Positions 57,251-64,000 of a stretch of DNA of 64,000 bases are shown here, piece by piece. Source of the DNA: an uncultured Verrucomicrobiota bacterium (lineage in GTDB: Bacteria > Verrucomicrobiota > Kiritimatiellia > CAIKKV01 > CAITUY01). A model generated the notes under the pieces. It was not told where the DNA came from. It saw only the letters and a program-made list of their open reading frames with translations, and ran no database searches. The DNA lies in assembly GCA_964535015.1 (NCBI GenBank), contig CAZHRU010000003.1, positions 3,940 to 67,939 of the forward strand, read 5' to 3'. Position numbers and translations under genes: made by a program. Numbering within the stretch: position 1 is the stretch's first letter; every line of letters begins with the position of its first letter.

Positions 57251-58561
57251 TCAGGCCTTGACGATGTTGCGGGCGGGTTTGGAATAGACGCCCCGCGTAT
57301 CCACGATCAACTTCGCGTGCCTTTTCAGCATCTTGTAGTCGAACGCCGAATGGTGTGTGGCCAGCAGGATGGCATCGTAGGAGGCGATGGTTCGCGGGGT
57401 CAGGGGCACGCTTTTCAGAGTGAAATGATGTTCCCGCATTTTTGGGAAGACCGGGAAGTAAGGGTCGGAGTAGGCGTACCGGGCTCCCCGTTTGCGCAGG
57501 AGTTCCAGCAGGATCATGGAGGGAGACTCGCGAGGGTCGTCCACGTCCTTCTTGTAGGAGAGGCCGAGGAGGAGGATGCGGCTGTTCTTGACTGATTTGC
57601 CGCGCTCGTTAAGGGCCTCGGCCAGTTTGCCGATGACCCATTCCGGCATGCCGCTGTTCACTTCGCCGGCCAGTTCGATGAAGCGGGTATGGACGCCGTA
57701 TTCCCGGGCCTTCCACGTCAGGTAGAAGGGGTCGATGGGGATGCAGTGGCCGCCGAGGCCGGGGCCGGGTTGGTAAGGGACGAAGCCGAACGGTTTGGTG
57801 GAGGCCGCCTCGATGACCTCGTGGATATCAATGCCCATGCGGTCGGCCACGATCTTCATTTCGTTTACCAATCCGATATTGACGGAGCGGTGGATGTTTT
57901 CCAGGAGTTTGGTCATCTCGGCCACGCGGGTGGAACTGACGGGGACGACCCGGTCAATGGCCTTGCCGTAGAGGGCTAAGCCGGCGGCGAGGCAGGCGGG
58001 GGTGACGCCGCCGCAGACCTTGGGGATGGAACGGGTATTGAACTTCGGGTTGCCGGGGTCCTCGCGTTCGGGCGAGAAGACCACGAAGTAGTCCTCACCG
58101 ATGGTGAAGCCGCGCGCGGCGATACGCGGGACGAGTTCCTCGTCGGTGGTGCCGGGATAGGTGGTGCTTTCCAGCGACATGATCTGGCCGGCGCGGATAT
58201 GGGGGACGAGTGACTCGACGGTGCCGACGACGAAACTCAGGTCCGGTTCGCGGTGTTCATCGAGTGGGGTGGGGACGCAGATGATGAGGGCGTCGGTCTT
58301 GCGGGCGCGGGCGAAGTCGGTGGTGGCCTCGAAGCCGGATTTGCGGGCGCGGCGGAGCGCCTGGGCGGGAATATGTTTGATGTAACTTTTCCCGGCGGTG
58401 AGCAGTTTGACCTTATGTGGGTCAATATCGATGCCGAGGACCTTGTAGCCTTCCTCGATAAAGCGCAGGACGAGCGGGAGGCCGACATAGCCCAATCCCA
58501 CGATGCCGATGACGGCGGACTTGCGATCGAGTTTGCGGATCAGTTTGGTTTTGTAGTCCAT
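57251..58561 (-). CDS. wbpA: UDP-N-acetyl-D-glucosamine 6-dehydrogenase (WbpA/WecC family)
   Basis: [41 protein letters not shown]. Confidence 0.88.
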   Translation of the reverse strand: MDYKTKLIRKLDRKSAVIGIVGLGYVGLPLVLRFIEEGYKVLGIDIDPHKVKLLTAGKSYIKHIPAQALRRARKSGFEATTDFARARKTDALIICVPTPLDEHREPDLSFVVGTVESLVPHIRAGQIMSLESTTYPGTTDEELVPRIAARGFTIGEDYFVVFSPEREDPGNPKFNTRSIPKVCGGVTPACLAAGLALYGKAIDRVVPVSSTRVAEMTKLLENIHRSVNIGLVNEMKIVADRMGIDIHEVIEAASTKPFGFVPYQPGPGLGGHCIPIDPFYLTWKAREYGVHTRFIELAGEVNSGMPEWVIGKLAEALNERGKSVKNSRILLLGLSYKKDVDDPRESPSMILLELLRKRGARYAYSDPYFPVFPKMREHHFTLKSVPLTPRTIASYDAILLATHHSAFDYKMLKRHAKLIVDTRGVYSKPARNIVKA

Positions 58562-58731
58562 GGTGTTTGCCTCCCCCTGAGTCAATGTAGAACCGACTGT
58601 CTGGTATTTAACCACGAAGGGTGCGAAGGACACAAAGGAAATAGTGACCCGCCATTTGGCGAAGTCGGCAAACAAAGATTGCCGATCGATTTCCTGTCCG
58701 GATTTGCCTTCTGCTGCAGCATACTAGTAGA

Positions 58732-60870
58732 ATGAGCGATGTCATGAACGACAGGGAATTGTTGCAGGCGTTTGCCCGGCAGAAGTCGGGATCGGCGTTC
58801 GCGGAACTGGTGCGCCGCCACGGCAAACTGGTCTATTCCTGTGCCCGGCAACGTGTGGGCGACCCCCACGCCGCCGAGGACATTACCCAGTCGGTCTTCC
58901 TCGCTCTGGCCATCAAAGCCCCCAAACTGCCGGCCGACGTTGTCTTGCCGGGATGGTTGTATCGGGCCACCCGGTTTGCGGCGGCCGAATACCACAGGCG
59001 GGAACAACACCGCCGGGAGAGGGAAATGCGAGCCAGCGAACACCAACAGATCCATGGGGCCACCGACGACACAGTCGCGCTTTGGGAGGCAATCCGCCCC
59101 CACCTGGCCGAGGCGCTCGACGGGTTGTCATCCGCCGACCGTGATGCGGTTTTGCTGCGGTTCTACGAACAGGCGAGTTACCCGCAGATCGCAGAGACGT
59201 TGCGGATGTCGCACGATTCCGCCCGCAAGCGGGTGGATCGGGCGCTGGACAAACTGCGCCGATTCTTCACCAAGAAAGGCATCGGAATCGGCACGGGTGC
59301 ACTGGCGGCCTTGCTTTCCGCGGAAGCCGGAGCCGTAACTCTCCCGGCAACATTTGTGTCCGCCACGGTCAAGGGAGCGACCTTGGTTGCGGGTGGAAAA
59401 TTGGCGGCAGGCGTTGGTGTCGGCATGGTGTCGGCCCACGTTGCCGCGTTAACGAAAGGAGCCCTGAAGATGATATTCATTGCCAAAGTAAAAACCGCCG
59501 CCCTGATTGCTGCCGCCTGTGTCGTCGTGGCCGGTAGCGGGGTGGTTGTCGCCAAACAACTCGTTGTGTCTTCGACACCAGTGCCATCTGAAACGAAAGT
59601 TGCGGTGCCGGTAGCCACACCTGTTCTGGTCGCACCCGCACCCGCCCCAGTCACGCCCGATCAACCGCCGACTGTGACACCGGCCCCGGCTTCCTCCAAG
59701 GTCGCCGACCAGTCAGTCCATTTCACCGAGGCAGACAACGGCAAGACGGTGACGGTCACAGTGGGGCAGACCTTCGAAATCGTACTCCGCAGTAGCCAGA
59801 AACTGACGGGTTGGGAAGGTGGACGGCCTGATGGCGAGAACGTCGTGCGGTTGAGTGAGGAAAAAGGGTTCCAGTACCGTGCGGTAAAGGTCGGCCGGTG
59901 CTTGATCCAGTTGGATCTCGTTTATCCGAGCGGTCCGGAGGTGACAACGCGCAGGAAAGCCGAGTTGAGGGGCCGTTTCAAATTGACGGTGCAGGTGCGG
60001 GCGGCGGACGAGACGTCGGCCACGACGCAGCCGATCCGGCTGGCCAACGGTTTGGAGTTGGTGGCATTTGGCCCAAGTCAGGCCGACGCGCCGACGCGAA
60101 CGCGGGCGACGCCGTTGACGCTGGGCGTGCGGGTCACCAACCCGACCGCGCAACCGCAGGAGTTCTGGCCGCACAAAGTTCAGATCCTGCTTCGCTGGGG
60201 CCGCGGCGAACTGCGGACGGTTGGCATTAATGTGGATGTTACGGCGCGTGCGCGTGCCATCAGCATCCCGGCGGGTGGCACCCAGTCGTTCCCGTTGACC
60301 GATGCTCGGTTCAGTTACGGCGGCAAGCCGCCGTACCTGGCGTTTTACAGTGCCTCGTTGCACCCGGGCGCGTACTATGAGCAGGAGGTGAAGGGCGAAG
60401 CAGGCCAAGTCGGGTTCGCGTTTGAGTACCAAGAGGACAACGCCAGCCCGCGCACCGTCGAGATTATCTGCCGGCTGGTCGCTGCGCCTGCGGCGGCAGC
60501 CCCTGCCGTCAACGAGTACGTCGCCCAGCAGATCGCGCAACTTTGGGTCACCGCACTGTTGCAGGGCCGTGTCGAGCAAGTCGTGGCGGTCTCGGACGTG
60601 CCGTTCGTCTGGGACGAACGCGAGGTGGTGAAGACCGCTGAGGAACTCAAAACCAAGATTGAGGGCGTGATCAAGACGAAGGGCGTACGCAACCTGCAAG
60701 CCGGGGAGGCCACATTCCTCAAGGATGCGGAAGTCGCGCAGGCGGCGGATCGGTTCAACATGCTCGACGTTGCCGGGTTGGCCTTCGTGTTGGTGAAGAT
60801 CGATACGGAAGGTGTGCTTCTGGCCATCAAGTCCGGCAACCAATTGAAGGTGGGCGGTTTCAGTGATTGA
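58732..60870 (+). CDS. ECF sigma factor with TM segment and large extracytoplasmic C-terminal extension
   Basis: Sigma-2 (DRELL..F...AFAELVRRH, AEDITQSVF) and sigma-4 (LRFYEQ.SY..IA..L), a TM, a Pro-rich linker, and a chagasin/I42-like start FTEADNGKTVTVTVGQ. Confidence 0.88.
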   Translation: MSDVMNDRELLQAFARQKSGSAFAELVRRHGKLVYSCARQRVGDPHAAEDITQSVFLALAIKAPKLPADVVLPGWLYRATRFAAAEYHRREQHRREREMRASEHQQIHGATDDTVALWEAIRPHLAEALDGLSSADRDAVLLRFYEQASYPQIAETLRMSHDSARKRVDRALDKLRRFFTKKGIGIGTGALAALLSAEAGAVTLPATFVSATVKGATLVAGGKLAAGVGVGMVSAHVAALTKGALKMIFIAKVKTAALIAAACVVVAGSGVVVAKQLVVSSTPVPSETKVAVPVATPVLVAPAPAPVTPDQPPTVTPAPASSKVADQSVHFTEADNGKTVTVTVGQTFEIVLRSSQKLTGWEGGRPDGENVVRLSEEKGFQYRAVKVGRCLIQLDLVYPSGPEVTTRRKAELRGRFKLTVQVRAADETSATTQPIRLANGLELVAFGPSQADAPTRTRATPLTLGVRVTNPTAQPQEFWPHKVQILLRWGRGELRTVGINVDVTARARAISIPAGGTQSFPLTDARFSYGGKPPYLAFYSASLHPGAYYEQEVKGEAGQVGFAFEYQEDNASPRTVEIICRLVAAPAAAAPAVNEYVAQQIAQLWVTALLQGRVEQVVAVSDVPFVWDEREVVKTAEELKTKIEGVIKTKGVRNLQAGEATFLKDAEVAQAADRFNMLDVAGLAFVLVKIDTEGVLLAIKSGNQLKVGGFSD

Positions 60871-61153
60871 CGTGGGCCGATCTTGATACGTCCGCCATTT
60901 CGGTCTGTTGGTGTACCGGCGCTTCTGCGACGACTAAGACCGCACAATCTATTGAGACTGCGGAGATTGGCGAGGGGCGACTAGGTTCGCTGCCGAGGCA
61001 TAACTCGTTGAGTGGAAAAGTATAACATGCAAAACGACTCCCTGTCGGAATAAAGTGATAGATTGTGTGTCCCTAAGCGACTTAGTCAGTCTTCGAAGAT
61101 TTATGATATTTATTGTCACAGTGAGGGAACGAGATACGGATAGGTTGGTAAGA

Positions 61154-62449
61154 ATGCAGAATGGAATTCAACAGAACCAGGCGAGGACCGACGGCGAAAT
61201 GCTGGCGGCCTTTGTGTCCGGCGGGGATGAACAGGCGTTTGCCACAGTCATCCAGCGACACGGACGAATGGTTGCGGGTGTAGCGCACGGTATTCTTGGG
61301 GACTGGCACGAAGCGCAGGACGTTGCCCAGGCGGTGTTTCTAGTGTTGGCCCGTAAAGCGGGTCGGCTCCAGGCATCCCTGAGCGTCGCTCCATGGTTGC
61401 ATCGTGTAGCCCATGATGTTGCTGTGGACGCCCTGCGACGCCGGCAGAGCCGGAGTCGCCATGAAAGAGATGGGGACCTAATGAACTTGCCGTATACTTC
61501 CGTGAAGTCGCTGGAGTCCATGAGTGGTGATCAGCGTCGGCAACTGCAGGAGCAGTTGGGTCGTCTGCCTGACAGGTATCGTGCACCGTTGGTGCTATGT
61601 TACCTGGAGGGTCAGACCTCTGAACAGGCGGCGCAGATGCTGGGGTTGGAGGCCGGCACATTACGCAAGCGACTGGAAAGGGGTAGGGACCGGTTACGGC
61701 AACGACTGGCACGGGCCGGTTGGGTGGTTACGACTGGGACGTTGATGACATTGCTTTCTGCGGAAACCGGGGCCGCTGTCCTCCCGGCGTCATACATCTC
61801 CGCCACGGTTAAGGCTTGTAGCCTGGTTGCGACGGGGAAATTTGCGGCTGGAGTGGGGGTGGGAATAATCTCGCCCAACGTGGCCGCGCTTACGAAAGGG
61901 ACCCTGCATATGTTGTTTATCAGCAAACTCAAAACTGCCATTGTAGTCGCCACCGCCTCTGTTGCCGTTGTTGGCACTGGCATTGTGACCGCGACGCAAC
62001 AAGGTCAGTCGCCAATGGCGGCTCCTGTTGCCGTAACGAAAGGTCAGTCCTCGATCAGTCAAACACCGGCCCGACAGACGCAAGTGCAAAGCGTTGCGGT
62101 CCCTGCGAAGGCGCTGGTGCCGAGTTCGGCGCCAGATGGCATCTGGGTTCCCATTGACCCCGGGGCTGCAAGAGTGAACGCGGGTACGGGGACACAAGGC
62201 CAGTCGCCGGCAGTATCTGTGCATAGTGTAAAAGGTCAAATTGTGTCAATCAACGAAAGTCGCCTGACGCTCCGCGTATCTGGGGGGCAAAGTAGTGATA
62301 TGCTTTGCAGTGTCGGCCCGGGCACCACGGTCATACTGATGGGCGGGAAGCAGGGGGCGCTGACCGATCTCAATGCGAGTCAGATGGTGAAAGCGACCTT
62401 GGACTCGCAATGGAAGCAGGTAATAAAAATTGAAATCGTCGAGCGGTGA
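61154..62449 (+). CDS. ECF sigma factor with TM segment and C-terminal extension (paralogue)
   Basis: DGEMLAAF, AQDVAQAVFLVLARKA, LPDRYRAPLVLCYLEG, RLERGRDRLR, a TM and a small beta-rich C-terminal domain. Confidence 0.88.
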   Translation: MQNGIQQNQARTDGEMLAAFVSGGDEQAFATVIQRHGRMVAGVAHGILGDWHEAQDVAQAVFLVLARKAGRLQASLSVAPWLHRVAHDVAVDALRRRQSRSRHERDGDLMNLPYTSVKSLESMSGDQRRQLQEQLGRLPDRYRAPLVLCYLEGQTSEQAAQMLGLEAGTLRKRLERGRDRLRQRLARAGWVVTTGTLMTLLSAETGAAVLPASYISATVKACSLVATGKFAAGVGVGIISPNVAALTKGTLHMLFISKLKTAIVVATASVAVVGTGIVTATQQGQSPMAAPVAVTKGQSSISQTPARQTQVQSVAVPAKALVPSSAPDGIWVPIDPGAARVNAGTGTQGQSPAVSVHSVKGQIVSINESRLTLRVSGGQSSDMLCSVGPGTTVILMGGKQGALTDLNASQMVKATLDSQWKQVIKIEIVER

Positions 62450-62468
62450 GATGATGGAATCGTAATTG

Positions 62469-62501
62469 AAGACCGGATAGTCTGGCGGACTATCCGGTCT
62501 T
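62469..62501. terminator. Perfect hairpin, likely terminator
   Basis: AAGACCGGATAGTC-TGGCG-GACTATCCGGTCTT, about 20 bp after the ECF stop. Confidence 0.75.
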
Positions 62502-62771
62502 ATTGAGGGGACTAGGGCAAGAGGAGTAATCCAAGAGGAATGGTTCGGGGTGATGTTGGGTTATGACAATTTGCATGTCCCTAGTGTCCTGAACCGGATA
62601 ATGTGCCTAATCATCTCGCCGAGACCATAGGCCACCGTCATTTCCTGGCTTTCAACGTTCGTGCCCTTAACGGGGCGGTCTTGCCCCTCCTAAAAAAGGC
62701 TAAACTGCTACTAGTTTCTAGGCCTGATCCTAACGTCCCTCGGGGATCGACACCAAAACTCGGAGATGCGT

Positions 62772-63887
62772 CTATTGCGCGAAGAACTCCTTGATGTTTT
62801 GGACGACCCAGTCCGCCTGGGCATCGGAAAGTTCGGGGTAGATGGGAAGGGCGAGGGTTTCGAGGGCGGCGCGTTCGCTTTCGGGGAAGTCGCCTTTCTT
62901 GTGGCCGAGGTAGGCGAAGCAGTCCTGCAGGTGCAGAGGGAGCGGGTAGTAGACCTCGACGCCGATGTCCCGTTTCTGGAGGAAGGCGCGCAGGTCGTCC
63001 CGGCGGGGTGTGCGGATGATGTACTGGTTGAAGACATGGCGCGACATGACGGTGGGCGGCAGGCGGAGGGGGTTGTTTGCGAGTCCGGCGGCGGCGAAGA
63101 GGCGGTCATAGCGGGCCGCGTTGGCCTGCCGCTGGCGGGTCCAGGCGTCCAGGTGGTTGAGTTTCACGTTGACCACGGCGGCCTGCAGGGCATCGAGGCG
63201 GAAGTTGCCGCCGAGGAGGTGGTGGAAGTACTTGGGTTCCATGCCGTGGACACGCAGGACGGCCAGGCGGGTGGCACGGTCCTTGTCCAGGCAGGTGATG
63301 GCGCCGCCATCGCCTGCGCCGCCGAGGTTCTTGGAGGGGAAGAACGAGAAGCAGCCGTAGGTGCCGATGGTGCCGGCGCGCCGTCCTTTGTATTCCGCGC
63401 CGATGGACTGGCAGGCGTCCTCGATGACGGCGAGTTTGCGGCGGTTGGCGATGGCCATGATGGGGTCCATGTCGGCCATCTGGCCATAGAGATGGACGGG
63501 CATGATGGCGCGGGTCTTTGGGGTGATGGCGGCTTCGATTGTGGTGACATTGATGTTGAAGGTGGCCGGTTCGATATCCACGAAGACGGGGCGGGCGCCG
63601 AGGCGTGCGATGGAACCGGCGGTGGCGAAGAAGGTGTAGGGGGTGGTGATGACTTCGTCGCCGGGGCCGACGCCTTCGGCCATGAGGGCGAGGAGCAGGG
63701 CGTCGGTTCCGGAGGAGACGCCGATGGCGTGGGGGCAGTGGCAGTAGGCGGCGAGGGACTCCTCGCAGGCCTTGACGTTGGGGCCCATGATGAAGTACTG
63801 GGATTCGAATACCTGCGCCACGGCGGCGTCAATCTCGCTACGGATGCTTTGGTACTGCGCTTTCAGATCCAACAACGGTACGTTCAT
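62772..63887 (-). CDS. DegT/DnrJ/EryC1/StrS aminotransferase (WbpE-like)
   Basis: [49 protein letters not shown]. Confidence 0.92.
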   Translation of the reverse strand: MNVPLLDLKAQYQSIRSEIDAAVAQVFESQYFIMGPNVKACEESLAAYCHCPHAIGVSSGTDALLLALMAEGVGPGDEVITTPYTFFATAGSIARLGARPVFVDIEPATFNINVTTIEAAITPKTRAIMPVHLYGQMADMDPIMAIANRRKLAVIEDACQSIGAEYKGRRAGTIGTYGCFSFFPSKNLGGAGDGGAITCLDKDRATRLAVLRVHGMEPKYFHHLLGGNFRLDALQAAVVNVKLNHLDAWTRQRQANAARYDRLFAAAGLANNPLRLPPTVMSRHVFNQYIIRTPRRDDLRAFLQKRDIGVEVYYPLPLHLQDCFAYLGHKKGDFPESERAALETLALPIYPELSDAQADWVVQNIKEFFAQ

Positions 63888-64000
63888 TGCATATTCTCCT
63901 GGAAGGGATTCAACCACAACGGGGACGAGAAGGGGGCGGGAGTATTAACATGGATAGGCAGGATGGACAGGATGGGGAGAGGGGAAGGTGCGGGGAGGAT

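Noticed and set aside
62502-62771. Possible gene or IS remnant between the second ECF and the aminotransferase
   Set aside because: The composition is atypical, but no recognisable protein motif or terminal repeat was found.

Overview
High-GC bacterial chromosomal window with a strongly G-rich + strand. It is probably from the PVC superphylum (Kiritimatiellia/Lentisphaeria-like), inferred from the RpiB-GlyA fusion, the ECF sigma factors with long C-terminal extensions and two URO-D-like genes. The first ~19 kb is a signalling island. Its core is a translationally coupled operon: a remodelled FabF-like ketosynthase, a multi-TM/GAF/PAS histidine kinase, a second paralogous kinase and a sigma-54 activator. 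Divergent from it are a SAM methyltransferase and a sigma-54-promoted FadL-type channel plus REC-kinase. Two B12 radical SAM genes, more REC kinases and a GGDEF/HD-GYP enzyme flank the core. This looks like an uncharacterised lipid-signal (quorum-sensing-like) synthase/receptor/importer circuit and is the top finding. The rest is mostly housekeeping: a pyrC-aroK fusion joined by heptamer repeats, rpmH-rnpA-yidD-yidC-plsY-gpsA, a plant-like fucokinase/GDP-fucose pyrophosphorylase, purD-purE, TsaC-LMW-PTP and RpiB-GlyA fusions, nth, amtB-glnK-porin, a TetR/RND efflux operon, lactate permease, and two ECF sigma genes lying between wbpE-like and wbpA-like genes. Several REP-like palindromes and two candidate structured RNAs occur in intergenic regions. 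All family calls are from motif recognition by eye; no database searches were run.
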